The notes beneath the pieces were generated by a model that ran no database searches, was not told where the DNA came from, and saw only the letters and a program-made list of their open reading frames with translations. The translations under genes and the position numbers were made by a program. From Leptospirales bacterium (GTDB lineage: Bacteria > Spirochaetota > Leptospiria > Turneriellales > JAOUFE01): a DNA stretch of 64,000 bases. The DNA is taken from assembly GCA_040326155.1 (NCBI GenBank), contig JBEQLE010000008.1:13531-77530 (forward strand), written 5' to 3'. This document shows, piece by piece, positions 8,016 to 16,827 of this stretch. The stretch's first letter is position 1. Each line of letters starts with the position of its first letter.

Positions 8016-11000
8016 TCAAACTTTGTAATATTCGCAATCGGGATGATGGAATATTAAAGCACTGGTGCTTTGTTCAGGCATCATCTGCCATGCTTCAGTA
8101 AGACCAAGGCCAATATCTTCGGGTTTTAATATGTTGTAGAGTTTTTTCTGGTCGGAAAGTTCCGGGCAGGCGGGGTAACCAAAAGAGTAACGAAGGCCGC
8201 GCTTCGGTGCAAGACCCCACTCCTTAATTACTTCTCTGTGAATATATTCGGCTAACGCCTCGGCCATCTGGGTTGAAAAACCTGCGAACAGATATGATTT
8301 TTCCAACTCGCCTTTATCTTGCAATTCGTTAATAATGTCGGCAGAAATTTGACCGGCGGTAACGGCGCTAAGTGCAAGGTAGTCCTCTTTGTCGGGGGCG
8401 ATATAGTCGGCGAGAGAGATTCCGTCTTTTCCGCTTTGGCGAGGAAAGTCGAAAGTTTCCAACGGGTTATCTTTTTCGTCAAATAGTGATATGGAATTTT
8501 TTTCTGATCGGGCTTTGTAAAAACCGTAAACGAGGTCAAGACTCATCCAATTGTTTTTCTGAGCCTCTTCGGCCAGTTCGTATAAACGAGGTCTAAAGAT
8601 CTCTTCAATTTGTTTTTTAAACTCGTCGCCTTTACTGCGCACTCCCCATTTAAATCGAAACAGGTTTTGTTGATCGATTAACGAAAAAACAGATTCAAAG
8701 TCGGCGCCTTTTATAATTTTTCTTCCCAGAAAAGGAGGGGCGTCTACCGGGGATGGTTTTATTTTCGCGCTTCGAACAGTAGAAACTTCAACAATTTTTT
8801 CGACCTTTTTAGCAGAGTGAGCGGCCAGGGCTTTTTCTTTATTGTCTTTTACGATGGCGGTTTTAGCAGCCGGGTCAACGAAGTCGTTGGCGATGTTTAA
8901 ACCCTCAAAGGCGTCTTTCGCATAAAAGACTCCCGGCTCGTAGTAGTTTTCTTTATCGGGAAAAGCAATCTGGTAGGAATATTTTCGGTTGATGGCGGCG
9001 CCCCCTACTATGACGGGAAAATCGAGCGAGGCTTTTTGTAACTCTTCGACACAAATTCCCATCTGTTTTGAAGTAGAAACCAGAAGGGCCGAAAGACCGA
9101 TGGCAATAGCGTTTTCTTTTTTCGCCGCTTCTATAATCGTCTGAACCGGAACCTGTTTGCCAAGATCAATAATAGTAAAACCATTATTCGATAATATTGT
9201 TTTTACGAGGTTTTTTCCAATGTCGTGAACGTCCCCGTAAACGGTGGCAAGAACAATGGTCCCTTTCGCGGCGCTTTCAGCTTTGTCGAGAAATTGTTCA
9301 ACGTGAGAGACAGCTCGTTTCATCACTTCGGCGGATTGTAAAACAAAAGGTAGAATCAACTCACCCGATCCAAATTTTTCGCCGACCTCTTTCATTGCTG
9401 GCAGTAAAACTTCGTTGATAGTTTGAACGGCTGTTTTGTCTTTTAAAATTTCATCCAGGGGCGCCTCAATCTCTTCGGGTATTCGATTCACTATTTGAAA
9501 ACGAACTTTTTCTAAAGGTGGCATTTTTTTGAGCGCGGCTTTGGTGTCTTCTTTGCTGGCCCCTTTTATCGCTTTGCGGCTTTCAAAATAAGTGATGAAT
9601 TCAGCAAGGGCGCTTTCATGCTTGTAAAAAATAAGATCTTCACAGATTTTTTTATCTTTGTCTGTAAGCTGAGAATAAGGGACAATGTCTTTAGGATTCA
9701 AAATCGCGGTATCTAAACCATACTGTACGGCGTGGTAGAGAAAAACCGAATTCAAAACTTTTCTCGCCGGGGGCGCAAAACCAAAAGAGATGTTGGATAG
9801 TCCAAGCGTAGTTAACACACCGGGCAAATCTTTCTTTAAAGTTTTTATGGCATCTAACGTGGCAATCGCCGATTTGTTATATTTTTCTTCACCGGTTGCA
9901 AGTGTAAACGTAAGACAGTCAAAAAGTATATCATGGGGTTTAAGTCCGTACTCTTTTGTAACTATTTCGTGAATTCTGTGTGCAACTTCGAGTTTCCACT
10001 CTACTGTGTCGGCCATCCCCTTTTCGTCGATGGTTAAAGCGACAACTGCGGTGCCGAACTTTTTAACCAAAGGCATAATGGATGCGATTCGACTGGTTCC
10101 ATCGCCTTCGAGGTTAATGGAATTTACAACAGGTCGACCGGGGCAAACTTTAAGGGCGGCTTCTATGACGTCGGCTTCGGTAGAGTCGATCATTAAAGGG
10201 GAGGCAACCGAGTTGCTCAGTATATTGACAAGTTTTCCCATCGCCTGAACTTCATCGTCCACTTCATTGGACGCGAGGCAAAGGTCGAGTATATGGGCTC
10301 CGCCCTCTTCCTGGTTTCTAGCCAGAGTAAGCATCGCCTCAAGATCGCCGGCGTTTCGAAGCTCTTTCATTTTGCGGGAGCCTTGTGCATTTAGTCTTTC
10401 GCCGATCAGCATAGGGGCCGGCTCTTGTATCAAAGAAACTGCGGTCATGGCAGAAGCGACAGACGGGAGTTTTTCAGGCGCGGGTGTACGAGGCGTTACA
10501 TCGGGATTATCATCGATAATTTTTTTCAGGGCGCGTATGTGGTCGGGGCTTGTTCCGCAACACCCACCGGTTATATGCAGTCCAAAATCTTTTACAAAAG
10601 AAAAAATCTGTTCGGCGAACTCTTGTGGATCCATTTTATACACTGCGTGTCCATCTTCGTTCACCGGCATTCCAGCGTTGGGGATAGCCGAGATTGGTTT
10701 CGAGGAGTTCTCGCATAGATAACGAACGGACTCTCGCATTTCGGGAGGACCGGTAGAACAGTTTAGCCCTATAATATCAACAGGTAATGGTTCTAGAATT
10801 GCAAGGGCGGCTTTTATGTCGGTCCCCAGAAGCATTCTTCCGGTGGTATCCAGGGTAACCTGGGCTTGTATAAGTACATCGTTTGCATCGGGTATAAGTC
10901 CATCCGTGTGGGCTTTTTTCCTGGCGGCGTCGGCTCCGGCAACGGCGGCTTTCACTTCGAGAATATCCTGTGAGGTCTCAATTAAAATTCCATCTACCCC

Positions 11001-11468
11001 ACCCTCTATAAGCAGGTAAGATTGCTCTGTAAAAATATCAAAAAGTTCGTCATAGCTTATGGCAGAGAGAGCTTCGTCAGTCGAAGAAGGCAACATCCCG
11101 GTAGGTCCAAGCGAGCCAAATACAAAGCGAGGTTGCTCGGGCGTCGAGAACTCATCGGCGACTTTCCGTGCAATACGCGCGGCAGAAATATTATGCTCTT
11201 TTACCGTGTCTAAGTCGTACTCTTCGAGCTTGAGTCGGTTGGCGCCAAAAGTATTGGTTTCGATGACATCGGCCCCGGCCCCTAAGTAGTCACGGTAAAT
11301 ATCTTCAATAACATCCGGCCGGGTAATGACCAGGTGATCGTTGGCCCCTTCCAGTTTATCGCTCCCAAAATCAGCAGGGCCGAGATTGCATTTTTGTATT
11401 TGAGTCCCCATGGCCCCGTCAAATACAATGGTACGTTTTTTAATAATTTCGCGGAATTTTTTAGACAT
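8016..11468 (-). CDS. metH: Cobalamin-dependent methionine synthase
   Basis: DGAMGT, GLNCSTGP, GGCCGT (Zn), pterin-binding domain, GDVHDIGKNL B12 motif, RYSFGYPACP activation domain. Confidence 0.97.
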   Translation of the reverse strand: MSKKFREIIKKRTIVFDGAMGTQIQKCNLGPADFGSDKLEGANDHLVITRPDVIEDIYRDYLGAGADVIETNTFGANRLKLEEYDLDTVKEHNISAARIARKVADEFSTPEQPRFVFGSLGPTGMLPSSTDEALSAISYDELFDIFTEQSYLLIEGGVDGILIETSQDILEVKAAVAGADAARKKAHTDGLIPDANDVLIQAQVTLDTTGRMLLGTDIKAALAILEPLPVDIIGLNCSTGPPEMRESVRYLCENSSKPISAIPNAGMPVNEDGHAVYKMDPQEFAEQIFSFVKDFGLHITGGCCGTSPDHIRALKKIIDDNPDVTPRTPAPEKLPSVASAMTAVSLIQEPAPMLIGERLNAQGSRKMKELRNAGDLEAMLTLARNQEEGGAHILDLCLASNEVDDEVQAMGKLVNILSNSVASPLMIDSTEADVIEAALKVCPGRPVVNSINLEGDGTSRIASIMPLVKKFGTAVVALTIDEKGMADTVEWKLEVAHRIHEIVTKEYGLKPHDILFDCLTFTLATGEEKYNKSAIATLDAIKTLKKDLPGVLTTLGLSNISFGFAPPARKVLNSVFLYHAVQYGLDTAILNPKDIVPYSQLTDKDKKICEDLIFYKHESALAEFITYFESRKAIKGASKEDTKAALKKMPPLEKVRFQIVNRIPEEIEAPLDEILKDKTAVQTINEVLLPAMKEVGEKFGSGELILPFVLQSAEVMKRAVSHVEQFLDKAESAAKGTIVLATVYGDVHDIGKNLVKTILSNNGFTIIDLGKQVPVQTIIEAAKKENAIAIGLSALLVSTSKQMGICVEELQKASLDFPVIVGGAAINRKYSYQIAFPDKENYYEPGVFYAKDAFEGLNIANDFVDPAAKTAIVKDNKEKALAAHSAKKVEKIVEVSTVRSAKIKPSPVDAPPFLGRKIIKGADFESVFSLIDQQNLFRFKWGVRSKGDEFKKQIEEIFRPRLYELAEEAQKNNWMSLDLVYGFYKARSEKNSISLFDEKDNPLETFDFPRQSGKDGISLADYIAPDKEDYLALSAVTAGQISADIINELQDKGELEKSYLFAGFSTQMAEALAEYIHREVIKEWGLAPKRGLRYSFGYPACPELSDQKKLYNILKPEDIGLGLTEAWQMMPEQSTSALIFHHPDCEYYKV

Positions 11469-11473
11469 AGTCA

Positions 11474-11531
11474 ATTCTGCCAAACAGAACTAACCCGTCA
11501 AGCATTATCGATACATCTAAGTGTATCGATA
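11474..11531 (-). promoter_or_regulatory. Putative metH sigma70 promoter with adjacent perfect palindrome
   Basis: Minus strand TTGACG-16-CAGAAT-5-ATG. Palindrome TATCGATACA-N6-TGTATCGATA at 11506..11531. Confidence 0.5.
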
Positions 11532-11551
11532 TAGGGTAAATATAATCGGAT

Positions 11552-11651
11552 GGGGAAATTCAGACCTAATGAGAGCGCGTATAGTCGATTTTCCCCTCGC
11601 TTTGGCTTTTAAGCAGGGCCGTAGCCCTGCCCTAAGAGCCGCCGCTACCCC
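11552..11651 (-). repeat. Two-hairpin intergenic repeat, copy B
   Basis: Reverse complement reads GGGGTAGCGGCGGCTCTTA-[GCAGGGC TAC GGCCCTGC]-TTAAAAGCCAAAGCGAGGGGAAAATCGAC...GTCTGAATTTCCCC; inverted relative to copy A. Confidence 0.75.
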
Positions 11652-11809
11652 TTTTATATTGTTGTAGCGTTCAAACAGAGAAGTATTGGTACTTTTAATA
11701 TAATTTCAGCGCAATGTACACATAGCTCCGCTCTGGGTTAAAAATGGTTATTCAATATGGTCTACTTATGCAGCCAGTTTCTCTGGAAACAACGCTTCTA
11801 CAGGCAAGA

Positions 11810-12379
11810 CTACCAATATTCACTATCGGGAAAATGTCTTAAGTGAATGTTTTTGTGCGGGGGGCTTATGATGGGTAAATCGACATCTCTATACAGCTTA
11901 ATCCCCAGCCAGTAAAACGCCAGCCGATGAAACCTGCTCACCCTCCCGAGCGACAGCCTCTCCAGCTCATCCAAATTCCATTCAAGCGCCAGACGCACCA
12001 GATGAGACATCGTAAAATTCAGCCTGCCTGAAGTAAGCCGAATAAAAAACTCATCGCGACCATACAGACAGAGTTTATGCCGGTGCAAATCTTCAACCTT
12101 ATTGTTTCCCGCATAAATGTGTTGCTTAGCACGTTCGCTGAGTTCTTCGAATTTTTCCCCTGCCCTGCCCGAACACCCCTGTTGGCCAAAACCTTCGCCC
12201 ATTTGCCGCTTAAGTAAGCGAAACACACAGTACCGAACAACCCACGAGTAACTCTTTTTCTTCAGGTCGGCAATTCGGACGATTTTTTCCCAGGTTTCCT
12301 GGTTCAAGTGAATTTCCAATATATGATCAGGAGTAACACGAACCTTCCAGAATGGTTTATTCTTGTTTAACATATTCAT
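11810..12379 (-). CDS. Hypothetical protein with two ribbon-helix-helix-like segments (reminiscent of leptospiral DUF1564-type proteins)
   Basis: EIHLNQETWEKIVRIADLKKKSYSWVVRYCV and KLCLYGRDEFFIRLTSGRLNFTMSHLVRLAL. Start uncertain (12379 or 12421). Confidence 0.55.
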   Translation of the reverse strand: MNMLNKNKPFWKVRVTPDHILEIHLNQETWEKIVRIADLKKKSYSWVVRYCVFRLLKRQMGEGFGQQGCSGRAGEKFEELSERAKQHIYAGNNKVEDLHRHKLCLYGRDEFFIRLTSGRLNFTMSHLVRLALEWNLDELERLSLGRVSRFHRLAFYWLGIKLYRDVDLPIISPPHKNIHLRHFPDSEYW

Positions 12380-12437
12380 GTAATAGGGCAAATTGCCGTT
12401 TTTTTTCACAAAAAGGTGCAAAAATTAGAAAATATTT

Positions 12438-12516
12438 ATGAACATGTTCATTTTTACTTGACGCCCCAATATAAATTACCTACATTAAATATATAAAAGT
12501 GAACACGTTCACTTTT
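12438..12516 (+). promoter_or_regulatory. Sigma70 promoter flanked by two TetR-type operators
   Basis: ATGAACATGTTCAT (12438-12451) and AAAAGTGAACACGTTCACTTTT (12495-12516) flank TTGACG-17-TACATT (12458-12486), upstream of an operon containing a TetR gene. Confidence 0.8.
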
Positions 12517-12545
12517 GACAACAACAAACCAAAAAGGAGAATATC

Positions 12546-13502
12546 ATGAAAGGGAATTTAAAAAACAAACACACAGTCACCGGAGCCTTTGGATACTCAG
12601 GACAATATATAGCGCTCAGACTCTTAGCAAATGGTCACGAGGTAAACACACTGACTGACTCACAGCAAAGACAATCGCCTTTAAACGGCAAAATCGAATC
12701 AAGCGGTTTTCACTTCGACGAACCGGAAAAACTGGTAAACTACCTGAAAAACACAAAGGTACTTTACAACAACTACTGGGTCAGGTTTAACCATAAAACT
12801 TTCACCCACGAAGAAGCCGTACAAAACTCATTTACACTGATCGACGCGGCAAAAAAAGCCGGGGTCGAAAAGGTTGTACACATCAGCATAACCAACCCAT
12901 CGCTCGACTCAGACCTGGAATATTTTCATGGCAAAGCCAGAATAGAAGAAAAACTGAAAAACTCGGGACTCTCTTATTGCATCTTGCGACCAGCCGTAAT
13001 ATTCGGGGGCAGCGATATACTCATCAACAACATCGCCTGGGTCGCCCGACACTTTCCCATATTCCCACTTTTCGGGAACGGAAATTACAAACTACAACCT
13101 ATTCATGTCGACGACCTTGCAAAAATCGCCGTAGAAAAAGGAACAGGAAAAACGAACGAGACATTCAACGTAATCGGTGAAGAGACCTACACATATAAAA
13201 AACTCATCGAAACCATATGTCACGCCCTCGGAAAAAAACGACTCATTTTCCCAGCCCCGGCCTATGCCGGATACCTGGCAGGAAAAATAATCGGAGCTTT
13301 TACAAAAGATGTGATGATAACAAAAGAAGAGATCAAAGGGTTAACCGCAGGCTTATTGTACGTCAACCCCAAAGAGCCCTGCATAAAAGGAGAAACCAGT
13401 TTACAGGAATATGTTGACAAAAACTGGCAGACAATAGGTAATGCTTACGCATCAGAAATTAAAAGAAGGATACAAAGAAAACCAGGATATGGGCAACTAT
13501 AA
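12546..13502 (+). CDS. NAD(P)-binding atypical SDR/epimerase (NDUFA9-like)
   Basis: VTGAFGYSG, YFHGK, ILRPAVIFG, QPIHVDD; RBS AGGAG. Confidence 0.88.
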   Translation: MKGNLKNKHTVTGAFGYSGQYIALRLLANGHEVNTLTDSQQRQSPLNGKIESSGFHFDEPEKLVNYLKNTKVLYNNYWVRFNHKTFTHEEAVQNSFTLIDAAKKAGVEKVVHISITNPSLDSDLEYFHGKARIEEKLKNSGLSYCILRPAVIFGGSDILINNIAWVARHFPIFPLFGNGNYKLQPIHVDDLAKIAVEKGTGKTNETFNVIGEETYTYKKLIETICHALGKKRLIFPAPAYAGYLAGKIIGAFTKDVMITKEEIKGLTAGLLYVNPKEPCIKGETSLQEYVDKNWQTIGNAYASEIKRRIQRKPGYGQL

Positions 13503-14169
13503 AAAAAGTGAACAAACAAAAGCGATCGTGATGGAAACAGCGCTGGAGCTTTTTCGAGCCGAAGGTTTTGCCGAAACGACAATGAGACAGATTGCTAAAA
13601 AAGCCGGCATCGCCCTCGGAACGATTTATATATATTTCAAATCAAAAGAAGAACTTGTATTAGAATACTACCAGAAAGTGCAACAAGAACTACTTCTTCA
13701 AACGAGCGTCGACACACAAAAAAAACCCTATCGACTTGAGGTCGGGTTGAAAGACTTTTTTTACCTGCAATTTAAAATGCTCGAAAAAGATAAAAAGTTT
13801 CTATCAGCCCTGGCGTCTGCGGCGGCAACACCCGACAACCCCGTATCGCCATTTGGCAAAGAGAGTAAACATATTCGCAAGCTACATATGGAAATGCTTA
13901 AAAAGATTGTAGACAATTCGAAAACAAAAATACACCCCAAAGTACAAAAAGAGCTGCCGGAACTTCTCTGGTTTTTACAAATGGGGTTAATCTTTTTCTG
14001 GGTTCATGACAAATCAAAAGAGTCTGTAAAATCAATCGAGATGACAGATACAACCGTAGAACTAATCGGGACATTCCTGAAAATACACAACAAACCCTTT
14101 GCCTCCGGCCTTCGAAATTCTTTATTAAAAATTATAAAAAACCTGGTATCTATTGTAGACGAAACATAG
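13489..14169 (+). CDS. TetR/AcrR-family transcriptional regulator
   Basis: ALELFRAEGFAETTMRQIAKKAGIALGTIYIYFKSKEEL; the ATG at 13489 overlaps the end of the upstream gene. Confidence 0.93.
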   Translation: MGNYKKSEQTKAIVMETALELFRAEGFAETTMRQIAKKAGIALGTIYIYFKSKEELVLEYYQKVQQELLLQTSVDTQKKPYRLEVGLKDFFYLQFKMLEKDKKFLSALASAAATPDNPVSPFGKESKHIRKLHMEMLKKIVDNSKTKIHPKVQKELPELLWFLQMGLIFFWVHDKSKESVKSIEMTDTTVELIGTFLKIHNKPFASGLRNSLLKIIKNLVSIVDET

Positions 14170-14203
14170 ACAGAAAGAGAATAAAAGCAAAAAAAAACAA
14201 AAA

Positions 14204-16615
14204 CTAAGAATGAAACATTTTATGCAAAGCCGTCTTGTCAAGATCAAGGGGCTTGCCTGGTTTTATCGAGCGGTACTTCACAGTGGCCTTCAAACCAGGC
14301 AGATTTACCGACTGAAAGGAACCCATAATTTCAACACAACTTTTACGAATTTCTTTTGTAATTACAATAAAGTCATCACCCTGAACTCGAAACAAAAGAG
14401 AACCGGGAAAAAGAGAACCGAGCTCACCTGCAATTTGAACAAGAAGTACATCACCCTGCTCCCAGCCATGCTTATCATTATAATCGGAAAACCGGTTAAT
14501 ACTGATAAAGATAATTGTGTTATAAAAATTCATCCTTTCGGTATCCTGAATAAGAACATTAAAGTAGTCTTCATTATGAAGCTCAGTCAACCGATCTGAG
14601 AAAAAATATGAAAATCGTTTTTTCTCAAGTTCAGAAGCCGGAAACTGGCTTTCAATTACAGGAACCTGAATATTGGCAAGAGTTTTTACCGCCGCAGCTA
14701 CCACATCAGGGTGAAACTGAGAACCCGAGTTTCGTTGAATTTCTTCAATAGCAGCGTCCCGGTTGAGTTTATCGTGGTATACCCGGTCTGTGGTCATCGC
14801 GTCAAAAGCATCGGCGACAATAAGTATTCTGGCCAGAGGGGGAATTTCATTCCCACGAACACCGGAAGGGTACCCGTTTCCATTATGCCATTCATGGTGG
14901 TAACGAATAATCTCAGCAAGCTCTTTATACATTTTAATTTTACTTAAAACATCATAACCGGACTCAACATGCAGCTTAATTAAATCATATTCAAGTTTGG
15001 AGAGCTTACCGGGGCGCAGTAAAATCGAATCAGGTGTTGCCACCTTACCAATATCATGTAAAATAGAAGCCTTCTGCAACTTGTCAATATCGCTCGCTTT
15101 CACGCCCATCGCAGAAGCAATTAAAGCGCAATAACCGGCAACACGAACAGAGTGACCGGCAGTATAGGAGTCTCGCTCCTCTATCATATGAACAAAAGAA
15201 AGAATAGTCTCTTCAAAATTTCGAATCTTTTCAGCTTTTAAGCGGGTAACGTCCTTTTGTCTTGTGTAGGCGTCTATGGCAAAACCGAGATCACCGGCGA
15301 GTTCCTCAAGCATAACCACCTCTTCAGGCTGGAACGGCTCAGAGCGAAATGTATACACAAGCAAAGCGCCAAAAGGTTTATTATGAGAATGGGAACGAAG
15401 TGGAATAGAACATAGAGATTGATACCCCGACTCTAAGCCTAAATCCCTCCAGGGGTTCATCTGCTCTTCTCTGTTAATATCATTTATTAAAACAATTCCA
15501 TCCTCTCGAATCGAGCGTACAGCAGGATGAGCAGAAAGGGGGCTTTTTGTATCTAACGAAACCTCGGTTCGAGCGACAATATTAAAAGTATCTTCAGAGT
15601 GATAATGGTTCAATTTATTACTCTGGCCCTTCATAATAGCCAACCAACATAAACTGTAGTGAGAGTGGGCGGCTAGAATATCACACACATGTGACAACAA
15701 AGAATCGACGGACTGGTAAGTAATAATTTCCTTATTTACCTTTGTTACCGTACTCATAATTTCGCGCAGGTATTTCTCCTTCTCAAACAAGAGTTTAATC
15801 TTGCTGGTTCGGTCTTTCACACGCTGTTCCAGATTTTTGTTAACGGCAAGCACCTCTTCTCGCCCTTTTCGAATAACAGAAAACAATATCCAGGTAATAA
15901 AAGCGACTAATAAAGTAATAAATAAAATTGCAATCTCAACGTAATTCGAATTGGCGTTTATAAACGCTTCTTTTTCACGAAAATCTTGAATAGGCACAGT
16001 AATACGAATGCCCCCCCGCTGGTCCCCGGGTTTTGAGGAAGGATGACAACTGACACAAGACTCTTCGGTCTTTAAAACACCCAGAAAATAGAGAGAGTTT
16101 GGTTTCTCCGGTGGAAATTCAAAATAGTATTTTTTTTCCTTTCGACTTTCAAGATAAGTTAAAGCCCGTTTTTCAAATTCATCAGGTTTATTCACAGGGT
16201 TTAACGGAGTAAGACTGGTAATTTTATAATAATGATCATCGTCGTCCTGAACATTCATCTTCATTTCAAAAATCTGCCGGGTCATAAAAGCAGGGTTCAT
16301 TAAAATCAGAGTTTCCCCATTCGCGGCTTTCAGAGTATTATTTCTAAGATAAGGATTAGGTTCCAGCCCCGGACGCTGTTTAACATAAACTCCCTTGTGG
16401 GACGCAGCCCAGGAGCGGACAAGTACAACGGTATCAAAAAGAGATATCGCCTCTTTTTTAAGTGTATCCCGGGAAAGTTCAATTTGACCGAGACTTAAAC
16501 GGCGAATAGTCAACAGGGTAAAACCAAGCAAAACAAACGCTAAAATAATTACCCAGATTGCATATTTTTTGTGTGAACTATTTAAAAGCATTATCTTCAC
16601 ATGTAAACCTATCAC
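14204..16615 (-). CDS. HD-GYP phosphodiesterase with periplasmic heme-c (DUF3365-like) sensor, GAF domain and degenerate GGDEF
   Basis: TM, NPAFMTRQ...PDEFE...CVSCH, TM, GAF, GHSVRV / LHDIGK / HHEWHNGNGYP / ADAFDAMT, then DRLTELHN...FRVQGDDF. Confidence 0.9.
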   Translation of the reverse strand: MIGLHVKIMLLNSSHKKYAIWVIILAFVLLGFTLLTIRRLSLGQIELSRDTLKKEAISLFDTVVLVRSWAASHKGVYVKQRPGLEPNPYLRNNTLKAANGETLILMNPAFMTRQIFEMKMNVQDDDDHYYKITSLTPLNPVNKPDEFEKRALTYLESRKEKKYYFEFPPEKPNSLYFLGVLKTEESCVSCHPSSKPGDQRGGIRITVPIQDFREKEAFINANSNYVEIAILFITLLVAFITWILFSVIRKGREEVLAVNKNLEQRVKDRTSKIKLLFEKEKYLREIMSTVTKVNKEIITYQSVDSLLSHVCDILAAHSHYSLCWLAIMKGQSNKLNHYHSEDTFNIVARTEVSLDTKSPLSAHPAVRSIREDGIVLINDINREEQMNPWRDLGLESGYQSLCSIPLRSHSHNKPFGALLVYTFRSEPFQPEEVVMLEELAGDLGFAIDAYTRQKDVTRLKAEKIRNFEETILSFVHMIEERDSYTAGHSVRVAGYCALIASAMGVKASDIDKLQKASILHDIGKVATPDSILLRPGKLSKLEYDLIKLHVESGYDVLSKIKMYKELAEIIRYHHEWHNGNGYPSGVRGNEIPPLARILIVADAFDAMTTDRVYHDKLNRDAAIEEIQRNSGSQFHPDVVAAAVKTLANIQVPVIESQFPASELEKKRFSYFFSDRLTELHNEDYFNVLIQDTERMNFYNTIIFISINRFSDYNDKHGWEQGDVLLVQIAGELGSLFPGSLLFRVQGDDFIVITKEIRKSCVEIMGSFQSVNLPGLKATVKYRSIKPGKPLDLDKTALHKMFHS

Positions 16616-16827
16616 GACTCTTCAGTATATAAGATAATAAACATTTATAATTAAATCTTCCTTATATAGTTATCTACGTATATAATACATCACAACATAA
16701 GAGTAGCTTACAAGACAATAGAGATCCCTCATAGGTCAATCAAAAAACAGAGATTAAACCAGAGCTACCCCTTTTGTATCAACCAGGCTGCTGTGGTTGT
16801 GTCACTTCGTTCGACGATCGTTTCAAG

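Noticed and set aside
11530..11810. SAM or cobalamin riboswitch upstream of metH
   Set aside because: No S-box or B12-box motifs are visible on the minus strand. The structure there belongs to the dispersed repeat, and the predicted promoter abuts the start codon.
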